DNA of 64,000 nucleotides from Eledone cirrhosa (GCA_964016885.1 OZ024743.1:232934001-232998000); one strand, 5' to 3'; shown: positions 43,304-55,880, numbered from the stretch's first letter. Notes: generated by a model not told the origin, from the letters alone. Numbers and translations: made by a program.

Positions 43304-44866
43304 CTACCTTCCTGCTTCCCGGGGTTCGGGTCGCACGATTTCCATGGGGTCGGGGGTGTTGGGTGAAAGGGTGTCTTGTGGTGGTGTGGGGTCGTTAGTG
43401 TGTGGTGGGGTTGGGGTGTTTGGAGTTGTGTTGGGGAGGGGAAGGGGAGGGGGAAAGATTTTTAGTAGGACGCGGTTTATGGGTTTGACAGAGGGTGGTC
43501 CTACGTCCTCCTTAAAATCCTTTTTTAGTTTTTGGTAGAGGTTCATTGGGATTTTTATTAATTTTAAATGTGGGTAGTTTTCTGAAGAAACAAAGTTTAC
43601 ACCTTCGGTTTGTACCGAAGGATTATTGTTTATGAGTTCATTTAATTTATTATTGTTTCTGTTGATGTAAGTATAGTGTAATGTCTTTTTTTCCGGATGG
43701 TGTGAGTGTTTCGAAGAGGGGAGGGGCAGGTTTGGTTTTGTTTGTTGCTGGAGGGGTGTTTTGTGTTTTGTTGGATTGTGTTGACATTTGGGTGGGGGTT
43801 GTTTGGCCTTGTGTGTTTTGCACATGTTTTCTTTTTTCCTTTTTATCTGTCTGAAGGACTCCGTTTCTTCCTCCGAATTCGTTGGGTTATCTTCAGTGTT
43901 GGAGGGAAGAGGTATGTTTGCTGGTAATGTTTCCGTGTTGGTTTTCTTTGTGGGGGAGATGGATGTCACTATGTTAGGCTGTGTTGTGTGTTGCGGCTCC
44001 GGTGGTTGTGTTGTTTTATTGAGTGAGGGGTTGGGTGGGCCTGTATTTTGTTTTGGGGTAATGTGTTGTGACTGTTTGTGTTGTGGTGGTGGTGTAGTTT
44101 TACTGAGGGACGGGTTGGGTGGGACTGAGTTTTGTTGTTTGTTTATCTGTTGTGGTGGTGATGGTGGAGCTGGTGTTGGTAGCAGGGTTTTCTTTTTGTT
44201 GAGTTGGGGACAAGCCGCCTTCAGGTGCCCTCTGCCTGCACAGATATGACAGGACGGTCTTCTCCCCTCCACGCTAATGTTTATATACCCGTGGCCCTCT
44301 AATAGGATTCTGTCGGGTATTTGGGCGATGCGTTCAGGCTTCATTTGCACTACAAGCTCTATACCTGTTCCACTGAACGCATTGCCTGTGGTTTTCCCAA
44401 TGGAAATCACGTTGTCATTCGCTGGATCGATGAAGCCAGCTATGAGCCAGCAGTAGTCCACATCTGGCATCATTGCATCCAGCCATATGCGTTGAGTTCT
44501 TTTACCCATATAAGATGGATAAAAGGTAAAATTTTTCGAACGAATCGGTGACAAAACACATTTTTTTGCCGCCGATTCGTTCTTCATAATAATCGCTAGG
44601 CTTCCATACAGTCTGTCTTTTCTTATGGAAGTGGTTTCATTAAGTACTTCTGTAAGTACTGTTTTGATTTCTGTTTGAGTTGGCTGTTCAGGTTTTTTAG
44701 AAATGTTGTTGATGGTGCGGAAAACGACCGTTCGACTTTCAATGTCTTTGGTGAGTTCTTGAGGCATTTTTACCGATAAAATACCATTTTCTCCTTCACT
44801 TATGTATTGTTTGGCGTCTGTGATTCTTTGTGCCACATCTGAAATATTTTCAGGTATATATGTCAA
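43304..44866 (-). CDS. T1 ORF1 gag-like nucleic-acid-binding protein; the N-terminus probably continues in the frameshifted 44863-45213 ORF
   Basis: 520-aa open frame with C-X2-C-X4-H-X4-C (CHICAGRGHLKAAC) followed by a Pro/Thr/Gln-rich region; ends 33 bp upstream of the ORF2 ATG. Confidence 0.85.
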   Translation of the reverse strand: MTYIPENISDVAQRITDAKQYISEGENGILSVKMPQELTKDIESRTVVFRTINNISKKPEQPTQTEIKTVLTEVLNETTSIRKDRLYGSLAIIMKNESAAKKCVLSPIRSKNFTFYPSYMGKRTQRIWLDAMMPDVDYCWLIAGFIDPANDNVISIGKTTGNAFSGTGIELVVQMKPERIAQIPDRILLEGHGYINISVEGRRPSCHICAGRGHLKAACPQLNKKKTLLPTPAPPSPPQQINKQQNSVPPNPSLSKTTPPPQHKQSQHITPKQNTGPPNPSLNKTTQPPEPQHTTQPNIVTSISPTKKTNTETLPANIPLPSNTEDNPTNSEEETESFRQIKRKKENMCKTHKAKQPPPKCQHNPTKHKTPLQQQTKPNLPLPSSKHSHHPEKKTLHYTYINRNNNKLNELINNNPSVQTEGVNFVSSENYPHLKLIKIPMNLYQKLKKDFKEDVGPPSVKPINRVLLKIFPPPLPLPNTTPNTPTPPHTNDPTPPQDTLSPNTPDPMEIVRPEPREAGR

Positions 44867-45473
44867 ATATTTCTTTGTTGTTTGTGCAAAGAAATATTAT
44901 TGGTGTTGACTTTGTCGTCTGCTTTGCTTTCTGTTATGATGTTGTTTTCAAATGTTATTTTTGTGTTTGTCGTGTCTTTGTTTGTGGTATTAATATTGTC
45001 ATGCAATTTTTCAAATTTTTTTTTTTCGTTGTTGGAATCAATGTCCAGATTTGTGTTTTCGTCATTTTTCTCCGCAGATTCGTCTCTTTTTCTTTTATTT
45101 TTTCTTTCCTTCTCTATGACGTTAGTTGGGAAGGATGGGGGGACTAAAGCGTGCGAGCTTACAACTCTTACCGCTGTCCCCCCACCAATATTTTCGTTAG
45201 CTTCGTTTAACATTTCTGTCAGACGACTGAAATTTTTTATGCCACAAAATTTTTAAAAACAGGTTTTTCACCCCTAGGAGGGGTAAAGATGCGCTGACCC
45301 ACCGCCTGACAGTTCAGACGGGGGGTCAAGCTACACAATAGTATCAAAATTAAAATTGAACTTACAAAATTTCCGCAATATATTTGAACAAAACTTCTGC
45401 GCGAAGTGAATTACATCTACGCTGTAGAACAGACGACAGCTAGATCCCATAGATAGATAGATAGATAGATCCC

Positions 45474-45566
<93 letters not shown>

Positions 45567-45567
<1 letters not shown>

Positions 45568-48086
45568 TTCTTTATTTGCCACAAGGGCGCACAAGAAAAG
45601 GGGACAATACAAAGACATGCTGGGGATTTTACATACAGTCGTGTAAGAAAATATAAAAACAAACAATTACAACAATCGAAATCCCCAATAGGGGGGAAGC
45701 GCCACAAATGGGTTGTTTAATACCCCGTCGATAGAACAACCCTCAACTCCAGGAGCGTGTTGTGCAGGTGCTCCTTTCTTCCCTTTGCTCTCCTCTTCAA
45801 CCTACAGGCTTATAAATAGAGAAGGCCCAATCACTCGGGCCATTTTCGCTTCATTCACCCACCTTTCAGTAAATTTACTGGGGTGCAGTGCCTCTTTCTC
45901 CACTCTGATTCTCCTTCTAAAGTGATACTTAAAGAAGGGAATCAATTGTTGTCCGGAGAGAAAGGCATCTGTCCTCAGTCCTCTCAATCTCGTCCACCAT
46001 ATAATTTCTTTCACCATAGCCACCGTACAGAGGAAAACCGCCTCTCTTTCGTTTTTGAAAGAGGCTGGCGGTTTGATCCTTACTATGGACTCGGCAGTCA
46101 ACTGGATTTGTCCCATACGCGACAGGAGTTATTTTGCATAGTTTCACAGGTCGGTTACGCCCGGGCAGTGTACAATTGCGTGCAGGACTGTTTCTATATC
46201 CTGCGCGCATCTTGGACACGTCCTCTTGGAAGGATCCCTGCCGGGGCGTCCGTGCCTGTAGATCTTGTCCGGTAGAGCCCCTCGGTAGCACTGCCAGGCC
46301 AGGGACCTCTGGAAGTTGTCCATAGGTCCCGGGCGGAAAGTCCTACCAAACAGACTGGTGAACTCATCGTCGTTGACGCCTAGAGTCTCTCCGAGCATGT
46401 CATCGCCTTTGTAACGTACGATCCCTCTATAAAATATCGAAGTGGAGTCTCCACTGATTGCTGTGCCCGCTTGCCAGAGGACTGTGAGCGCCTGAGCGCA
46501 TTTAATGTGCCAGGCGCCCATCGTTTTCAGTATTTTCTTGACCCAGGACTGCAGCTCCGTCAGCGAGACGAGCTGTGGCAAAGCCTTTCTCACAAACGGT
46601 GCCCACACCGGTTGGGAGTCGGTGAGGAATACCTGGAGATGCCGCAGCCTCAGCGCATGTTTGCGCATCATCAGCCACGGCATACCCAGCCTTCCGTTGA
46701 AAGGATGCTGACAGCAGACGGATCTCCTCACCAGCGGAGCCTGCTTCTTCCACAGAAACTGGAAGAGCATGCGTTCCATCTTGGCGAGGTGTTCACGGGG
46801 ACAAGGCATGACAGTCAAGCGGTAGTAGATGACGGACGCTATGAAACTGTTCGCCACCTCCGCTCGACCTTTCAAGGACAGTTTGCACTCTGCCCATTTC
46901 TGGGTGAGTGCAAACAGCTTCGCCGTGACCTCGTTCCAATGTTTCTCCACCTGGAGGTCTGGACCGAACCAAACCCGGAGCAATTTCACCGGTCCGTCTG
47001 TCCAGCGTCCAACGATGCTGTCGGACGTCATCGGTTTGCCTCTCCACGTACCGAGTTGCAAACCGACAGACTTGTCCGGGTTTAGTTTTGCTCCCGTCAG
47101 CGTTTCGTATTCTTTCAGTATGTTGCCGATCACCCCGATTTCCAAGGTGCTCGACACCATTACCGTTACGTCGTCGACATAAGCTGACGCCGCTTTGCGC
47201 AGTCCCGGTTCTAGAGGGATCCCCTGCAACAGCTCCAATTTCCGCAGTAGTGGCTCTAAACTCAATACATACAGAATGAAGGAGAGAGGGCACCCCTACC
47301 GAATGGAACGTGTGATTGCGAACGGCTCCAATAAGTAGCTGTTCACCTTGACCCTCGAGCAGATGCTGGTGTGCATCGCCTTGATCCATCCACTGAAAAC
47401 GGGACCGAAACCGGCCGCCTTGAGAACCGCTTCCAAGTATCGATGGTCGACTCTATGGAATGCCTTAGACTGATCCAAGTTGATCAGAGCCCCACCGAAG
47501 CCGGGTTTACTACCCACCCTCTCTATGATGTATCGCATGAGGTGGAGGTTGTCGTGTATGGACCTGGTCGGGATTGCACACGTTTGCGCTTTCCCTACCA
47601 GGTTTTCGACGACAAGCGCCAACCGCGTCGCTAGCACCTTGGCCAAAATCTTTAACTCTGTGTTGAGCAGAGTTATGGGCCTGAAGTTGTTAATTTCGTC
47701 CCCCCTTGTTCTCGTCTTTCTTGATCAGCGTTACTACACCCTTGCCTGCATAACTGGGAATTCTCCCGTTCTGCTGCCAATTGCAGTAGACGGCTTCGAG
47801 GACGCCAGAGAACAAGTCCGTCATGCATATGTAAACCTCATAGTGTAGACCATCTAGACCGGGTGATTTGCGTTTCCCGCAGCGGCCCAGAGCGTCCCGT
47901 ATCTCAGTGTCCGTGATCGGTCTTTCGCAGAACTCGGCGTCCGTGTTTAAATGGGATTACCACCCAGCTGACAATTCAGCTTGGGGGTTAATCTACAAAA
48001 TAATATGTTTTTTCAAACAATTTGTTCTGTTTTTCGTATATAAATTTACAAAAAATCTTACCGGTGATGTTTCACGCGTCAAGCAG
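45567..48086 (-). mobile_element. Tx1-like copy T2: putative 5' UTR joined to the RT half of ORF2
   Basis: ORF fragments 47296-47646 (LDQSKAFHRVDH), 46144-47265 (AYVDDV, CPRC...ETVLHAIVHC) and 45802-46116; same 3' terminus as T1; (GATA)n both sides. Confidence 0.92.
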
Positions 48087-48104
48087 AGAGATAGATAGAT
48101 AGAT

Positions 48105-48830
48105 AAATTTCTTTATTTGCCACAAGGGCGCAAAAACATGGGGACAAATACAAATACATACATATAGTGGGGAGTTTACATACAGGCGTGTAAAGAAAAA
48201 AGGATTAATAACAATAATATTAAATTTAACAATCGAAATACCCAATAGGGAAGAGGCGTTACACATGGGTTATACCTCCCCCCCCCCCCAAAAAAAATGT
48301 ACAACCCTCATCTCCTGGAGCACGAAGAGTGAGCGCTCCTTTCCTCTCTTCCTCTTTTTCCTCAACCTACAGGTTTATATAAAAAGAAAACCCAACCACT
48401 CGGGCCATCCTTGCCACATTCATCCGTCTTTCGTAAAATCTGCTGGAGTGCAGCACTTCTCTCTCCACTGATTCTTCTTCTAAAATGATATTTGAAGAAG
48501 CGAACCAGTTGTTCGCCGGAGAGAAAGGTGTCTGACCTGAGCCCTTTCAGTCTCGTCCACCATATAGCCTCTTTCACCATAGCCATTACACAGAGGAAAA
48601 CCACCGCCTCTCCTTCGTTTTTGAAGGAGGGTGGCGGTTTGATCGTAATAATGGACTCGGTGGTCAACCAGATTTGTCCCACCCGCGACAGTAGTCGCTC
48701 TGCGTAGCTCCACAGGTCGGTAACGCCCGGGCAGTGTACGAATGCGTGAGTACGGTTTCTTCGTCTCGCACGCATCTCGGACAGATCTTTTTCGAGGGAT
48801 CCCTGCCCGGGCGCCCGTGTCTGTAGAGCT
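48105..48830 (-). mobile_element. Tx1-like copy T3, 5'-truncated
   Basis: Encodes KLYRHGRPGRDPSKKICPRC...HAFVHCPGVTDLWSYAERLL...WWTRLKG; (GATA)n both sides. Confidence 0.9.
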
Positions 48831-48860
48831 TAGATAGATAGATAGATAGATAGATAGATA

Positions 48861-49040
48861 TATTTCTATTTATTGCCACGAGGGCGCAAAAGGGGTAAAA
48901 ATACGATGACCACCCGTCTACAGACCTAGCCGGGTGGTCAAAAGACACGAAGACAACACAATAAAGAAACAAACACTTACTGTCAATAGGTAAAAATTCA
49001 AAAAGGCAGGAGCCGATGTTGTACGCGTCTATACTATGCG
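48861..49040 (-). mobile_element. Tx1-like mini copy T4 (~180 bp)
   Basis: Terminal TTTATTGCCACGAGGGCGCAAAA shared with T2/T3/T5, directly followed by the hairpin found at the 5' ends of T1 and T2. Confidence 0.7.
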
Positions 49041-49064
49041 AGATAGATAGATAGATAGATAGAT

Positions 49065-49398
49065 ATCTTTCTTTATTTGCAACAAGGGCGTACACAAAAT
49101 GGGACATTACAAGACGTGACGGCGGAGGTTTTACATAAAAATCGTATACACTTTAACATTAATAAATAACAATAAACTATATGTTAAAACAAAATAATTG
49201 AAATCCCCAATAGGGAGGAACGTTACTGAGGGGTTGTTTTTCACCCGTAGATAGAACAACGCTCAACACCAGGAACACGTTTTGTAGGTATTCCCGTCTT
49301 CCCTCTTTTTGTCTTATTCAACCTATAGGTTTATGTACAGAGACGGCCCACTCACTCGGGCAATTTTCGCCACATTCACCCACTTGTCAGCGAATTTA
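49065..49398 (-). mobile_element. Tx1-like copy T5, 3' end only
   Basis: TTTCTTTATTTGCAACAAGGGCG terminus, GAAATCCCCAATAGGG 3'-UTR motif, last ORF2 codons (CACTCGGGCAATTTTCGCCACATTCACCCAC). Confidence 0.88.
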
Positions 49399-49420
49399 AG
49401 TCAGTTAGATAGATAGATAT

Positions 49421-49727
49421 GATTCTTTATTAGCCACAGGGGCACAAAAGAAGGGGACAAATACAAAGGGGGAAGTTTACATACAATAAAAACGTGTAAA
49501 ATATTATCACAAATGTAATTTAAAAATTAGTCGATTTTCCCCAATAGGGGGAGACATTTCATATGGGTAACACATCCCCGAAAAAAAATGTGCAACCCTC
49601 ATCTCCAGGAGTACGAAGAGTTTGTACTCCCTTCCTCTCCTTCTCTTTTTCCTCAACCTACAGGCTGATATAGAGAGAAGGCGCATTCACTCGGGCCATT
49701 CTCGCCACTTTCACCCACCTTTTATAA
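49421..49727 (-). mobile_element. Tx1-like copy T6, 3' end only
   Basis: Encodes RWVKVARMARVNAPSLYISL-stop, homologous to the T1 and T2 C-termini; GATA repeats both sides. Confidence 0.88.
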
Positions 49728-49891
49728 AGATAGATAGATAGATAAGTACCCATACAGAGATGGATACAGATACAGAGATAATCAGAGGGAAGTTTATATG
49801 GGTGGATTTTTTTATAGACAGGCAGGCAGATAGACGGACAGACAGTGAGAACAAAAGAGCATAAAAACATAAATCTTCCCTTATTATATAA

Positions 49892-49930
49892 CTAGCTGGC
49901 CCGTGCCGTCAAAAATGACAGCTAAAGGAT
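49892..49930 (-). mobile_element. Helitron-like 3' terminus
   Basis: Minus strand: hairpin GCTGTCA-TTTT-TGACGGC, 9 nt, then CTAG followed by T; 5' end not located. Confidence 0.5.
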
Positions 49931-50328
49931 AGATGTACATTTGTATATACCTTTCAACTGCGGTCGTTTTATATTCTTGATAATTTTAAATTTATTTCGA
50001 TATTGCTAGGGACTTGGCTCCTTGGACAACACATACACAAAAACACTCACAAATGTGTAGCCAATCTAAGAACTCTAGTTAAAAATAATTATTACATACG
50101 CACACATCTACACAAACATACACATAAACAGACTAAGAGAAAATAATTATTACATGCACACATATAAGTGAGTGAGTGTGTGTCTGTGCGTGTGTGTGTG
50201 CATATGTATATATTTATATGTATGAGTAACACAGGTGTAGCGAACGCTGTTCTCTGTTTTCTATAGTTTGTTACAGCTTCCTTCCTTCCTCACTCATCAC
50301 ATATATGTGTATGTATGTAAACGTTATA

Positions 50329-50440
50329 CAAATCCCGCCGAGTTTAACTTTGCTTTTCATCCTTACGGGGTCGATAAAATAAAGTACCAGTAATACACTG
50401 GGTAATTGCTGGCCTTGTGCCAAAAGTAGAAACAATTATT
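50329..50440 (+). mobile_element. 5'-truncated SINE (same family as 38040)
   Basis: Central domain plus 3' end GCTGGCCTTGTGCCAAAAGTAGAAACAATTATT. Confidence 0.88.
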
Positions 50441-50541
50441 TTGTATAATGTTATGTGTATACGTATGTATTTATATTTAAATACTGAAACATAGATGAGT
50501 TACATCCCTTTGCGTGACGTACAAAAAAACAAGAGCATTAT

Positions 50542-50642
50542 CCGAGGTTGACTTTGTCTTTCATCCTGACGGGGTCGATAAAATAAAGTACCAGTAATGC
50601 ACTGGGTATTGCTGGCCTTGTGCCTAAAGTAGAAACAATTAT
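50542..50642 (+). mobile_element. 5'-truncated SINE (same family)
   Basis: CCGAGGTTGACTTTGTCTTTCATCC...AGTAGAAACAATTAT. Confidence 0.88.
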
Positions 50643-50658
50643 ATTTTAGTAGTAGTAA

Positions 50659-50850
50659 GGGTGGTGGATTGGCAGTATCGGTAGAGGGTCGGACACCATG
50701 CTTTGACGCATTGAGTTATGGCCCTTGCCATTCTGAGTTCAAATCCCGCCGAGGTTAACTTTGCCTTTCATCCTTACGGGGTCGATAAAATAAAGTACCA
50801 GTAATACACTGGGTAATTGCTGGCCTTGTGCCAAAAGTAGAAACAATTAT
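50659..50850 (+). mobile_element. Full-length SINE (same family)
   Basis: Colinear with 38040-38227; ATTATATTTTAGT precedes and follows it. Confidence 0.9.
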
Positions 50851-50871
50851 ATTTTAGTGGGTGGTTTCTGA

Positions 50872-51077
50872 TTTAAACACAAGGTCAACCATTTGGGGTG
50901 AGGGGAAAGTTAATTAAATCGGCCCTAGTGCGTTTCTGGTATTTCATTTTATCGACCCCGTAAGGATGAAAGGCAAAGCTAACCTCGACAGGATTTAAAC
51001 TCAGATCATAAAGGGGCGTAATTCTATGCCATAACGCATGGTGCCTGACGCTCTACCGATTCTGCCAATCCACAGCC
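50872..51077 (-). mobile_element. SINE, related subfamily, inverted orientation
   Basis: Minus strand GGCTGTGGATTGGCAGAATCGGTAGAGCG...GAGTTTAAATCCTGTCGAGGTTAGCTTTGCCTTTCATCCTTACGGGGTCGATAAAATGAAATACCAG. Confidence 0.87.
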
Positions 51078-51487
51078 ATATAATATCGCTCATCTTGAAT
51101 TAGTATTTTTACAACTAATCTGTGATTCAACAAATTAGGTTGTAATGTTACCTGCTCTTTGCAGTCTTATTATTCTTTTTCAAAGCCATGTTCTTAAAAT
51201 GTATAAATTCTAATCCATTTTCAAAACATATATCTCTCGAAAAGCATTTTCTGAAATTGTTACAATTTATAAAGCCCCTTCTTATAGTCATCTTAACCTC
51301 TATTTTGCAAATGTTTCAAGAAAACTATATTTTATTAATTTCACCTTCAATATGTACAGTTTAGATTCTAGATTTTTCTTTTATATATATTCCGAACTCG
51401 TCAAATTAATTGTAACCTTTCCTTATCGATTCTCTGGATAATTATTACCATTTTAGGAGTTGAAAAGTGGAATAGTAGAAATGCTGC

Positions 51488-51518
<31 letters not shown>

Positions 51519-51651
51519 ATTATGTATGTATATGTGTGTGTGTGTGTGTTTGTTGTGTGCGTGTGTGTTTGTTGTGTTTGTTGTGTGTGTGCGTGTGTGT
51601 GCGTGCATGTATGTGCATGTGTGTGTGTTTGTGTATACACATACATATATA

Positions 51652-51805
51652 TGGTGAATTGGCTGAGTCGTTAGAGCGTCAGACGGATTGCTTTGTCGTA
51701 TTCGTTTCGGCTCTCTGGTCTCTGAGTTCAAATCCCACCGAGGTCAACTTTGCCTTTCATCCGTTCAAGGTCGATAAAATTAGTACCAGTCGCATACTGG
51801 GATCG
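51652..51805 (+). mobile_element. SINE, older or diverged copy
   Basis: TGGCTGAGTCGTTAGAGCG...GAGTTCAAATCCCACCGAGGTCAACTTTGCCTTTCATCC...GTCGATAAAATTAGTACCAG. Confidence 0.87.
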
Positions 51806-52393
51806 TCTCTTCCTCTATATCTCTTTCTCACTTCCATTCTATTTATCCTTATCTAGAAGAAATTTGTTGTATTCAGACCTGGAGAGGATTGGACGCCAAA
51901 TTTTAAAAAGTGCCCTAGAAGCTCAGTGTGTTAATACGGCGCCACTAAAAATCCCTAGAAGTTACGAGACCATGCATGCATATACATATATGTATCGTGT
52001 GTGTGTGTGTGTGTGTGTGTTAGGTGAGTAGATGGTAGATAGATAAAAAAACAGATAGATATAAAGCACATAGACATATACACATACACACACAATACTA
52101 ATTCCTAATTTTTGCTGGACCGGGAACCGCTCTGTTTAATCAGCTCTGTTTAATCAGCTCTGTTTAATTCCATTACTGGAATTTTATAAGAATTCAGCTT
52201 CTATAATGCTCTGCAGAAGCGAAGGAATATGTTATCTTGACAAGCGCTAACGAGCGAGAAACGGCCGTCGATTACTTCCCTTTGCTTTTGCCGAGACTAA
52301 GTAAGTGACGTAATCACTACTTTAAAACTCATAGCGAATGGTCTTCAAAATGTTTTTAAATAAACATACAGTATATTATCAAATATGCAATAC

Positions 52394-52444
<51 letters not shown>

Positions 52445-52445
<1 letters not shown>

Positions 52446-52972
52446 TTTTAGTATATTTTGGTTGTTTACCGACACCTCAGTATGCAGATTGGAGCACTCG
52501 ACGAAGTACGCAAGTTGGTTTGTTTACTCCGGAGTAATGTAAAATAATTAAGTCAAATATGTAAAATTTGGCTTCGTTTATTATAAATTATAGATATACT
52601 GCTATATATATTTCGGTGACAGCCATCATTGGTTGTGACCTCTTCAGGCAGTCCGAATTGGTGTGGTAGAGACAGATACACATGTTGTTAAAGTGTTTTA
52701 CTCCGTCAATACTCCGATATGTCCAGCTCCTGGTTGCGTTGTTATTTCTCTGAGGAACTGGAATCATATGAGTTAGAACAAACGAATTCCGGCGTCATAG
52801 GACAGGCTCGCATCCCATTGGTCAGTTGTGAGAACATTCCTCAGTCAAAAGTCTATAGAAATTTTTCTGAGGCAAGACAATCTGTTGTAGTTGTTTTTGT
52901 TTAAGTACAGCTGACCTCCTCCATTGTGTTGGTAGTGGTGTTAAGGGGTCAGATGGCAGGTCTGCTTTAGTG
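52445..52972 (-). mobile_element. Penelope-like element pLTR fragment between (TA)n tracts
   Basis: Contains a minimal hammerhead fold; TA repeats on both sides; no ORF recognised. Confidence 0.65.
52598..52652 (-). ncRNA. Minimal type I hammerhead ribozyme motif
   Basis: ACUGC-CUGAAGA-[GGUCACAACCA AUGA UGGCUGUCACC]-GAAA-U-AUAU-AUA^-GCAGU: 5-bp stem I, 9 of 11 pairs in stem II, palindromic stem III loop. Confidence 0.8.
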
Positions 52973-52990
52973 TATATATATATATATATA

Positions 52991-53315
52991 CAGATAACTC
53001 CACCAATTAATGGTAGGGTCCAAGCCGTATGAAGAACTCAATGTAATCCGTATGTAGAAGATGTCGTGAAGCAAAGTTTAAAATACAAAATTTCAACGAT
53101 ATAATTCATTGGAAGCAGAGTCAAACTAATACAAATAGTGAAAACAATGAAATTAAACAAAATACGGGTAATTCATAGTAAAATTCATTATTTTACGATC
53201 GTTTCTGGAGGGTAGTTCTCCGTATGTTCATTCTATTAATGATCTATGTAAAATATATTACAAATTATCAAAGTAAGGAAATATACATATGTCTTCCCTA
53301 CCCGCCGTCTTCAGA

Positions 53316-53321
<6 letters not shown>
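52991..53321 (-). mobile_element. Penelope-like pLTR fragment between (TA)n tracts
   Basis: Hammerhead fold at its 5' edge; TA repeats on both sides. Confidence 0.65.
53187..53321 (-). ncRNA. Minimal type I hammerhead motif with a very large stem II loop
   Basis: AUUAUUU-CUGAAGA-C-GGCGGGUAG...(~80 nt)...CUACCCUCC-A-GAAA-C-GAUC-GUA^-AAAUAAU: perfect 7-bp stem I, palindromic GAUC loop. Confidence 0.75.
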
Positions 53322-54885
<1,564 letters not shown>

Positions 54886-55161
54886 ATGTATGTAATAGGA
54901 ACTTGTGACTTTCATTTGTTACTAATAGCCACACGTGAAGAGAAGAAATACAGGCATGTATGTATGTGTATATAACTGTCTAGTATGTGCATATGAGTGA
55001 CGATGTAACTTATAGATTTAGATACATTTATTTGAATGTATGTCTGTGTGTGCGTAGGAGAGTAAATGTAAACGAAAATGTCGTACTGAGATCAAGCGTG
55101 AACACTTGTATTTTTGTCTTTGTATGAAACATTTCACTGTATTCACGTGTGTCGATGACTA

Positions 55162-55205
<44 letters not shown>

Positions 55206-55242
55206 CGTGTGTGTGTGTATGTATGTATATGTATGTATATGT

Positions 55243-55325
<83 letters not shown>

Positions 55326-55498
55326 AATAACCTCCCATATGATTCAGGTTGAATGATATATAACATTTGGGGTGTAATCTACCCTCGTAATTTTAGATAC
55401 GGGTTTATTCTGTTTACTTCTACACATATTAATATATATATATATATGTATGTATATGTATGTATCGTTTCATTTTTTCCGTGTATCTCTCTCTCTCG

Positions 55499-55550
<52 letters not shown>

Positions 55551-55627
55551 TTGTGTATAGTGGTAGCTATGGTGCTTCCGTAGGCGGTATGCCAAAATTA
55601 CCGCTCGATATTCATCAGAGTAGAGTG

Positions 55628-55842
55628 TATATATGATAAAGAAAACGAAAAATCAGTGATGCATCTGGACTTAATTTATTTCATGTTACAAATGTTTCGC
55701 CGGCATGTAGCTCGAGTCATGGTCCTTGTATGGATATGGCTGGTTCTACTTCTGCGGGTTCCATGACTCGAGCTACATGCCGGCGAAACATTTGTAACAC
55801 GAATAAACTAAGTCCAGATGCATCACTGATATTTCGTTTTCT

Positions 55843-55854
<12 letters not shown>
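55628..55854. mobile_element. Short inverted-repeat element (arms ~95 bp, spacer ~38 bp), probably a Penelope-like remnant
   Basis: 55628-55722 is the reverse complement of 55761-55854 with few mismatches; the arm carries the 3' half of a hammerhead (GAAA-C-AUUU-GUA) followed by AATAAA. Confidence 0.7.

Positions 55855-55880
<26 letters not shown>

Larger units (their letters stand above)
40524..45440 (-). mobile_element. Tx1-like (L1 group) non-LTR retrotransposon T1, both ends retained, internally deleted, in (GATA)n
   Basis: ORF1 with CCHC knuckle, ORF2 with APE and RT, AATAAA just before the (TCTA)n tail, (GATA)n at both ends. Confidence 0.93.

Noticed and set aside
40578-48713. Plus-strand and alternate-frame ORFs overlapping the LINE copies
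   Set aside because: Antisense or off-frame shadows of the GC-richer RT coding sequence with no recognisable motifs
52129-52168. Three copies of GCTCTGTTTAAT(CA) as a regulatory array
   Set aside because: A simple 14-bp local tandem duplication with no supporting context
55575-55618. Minus-strand hammerhead starting CTGATGA
   Set aside because: A stem II is possible but GAAA is replaced by GAAG and no stem I or III pairing was found
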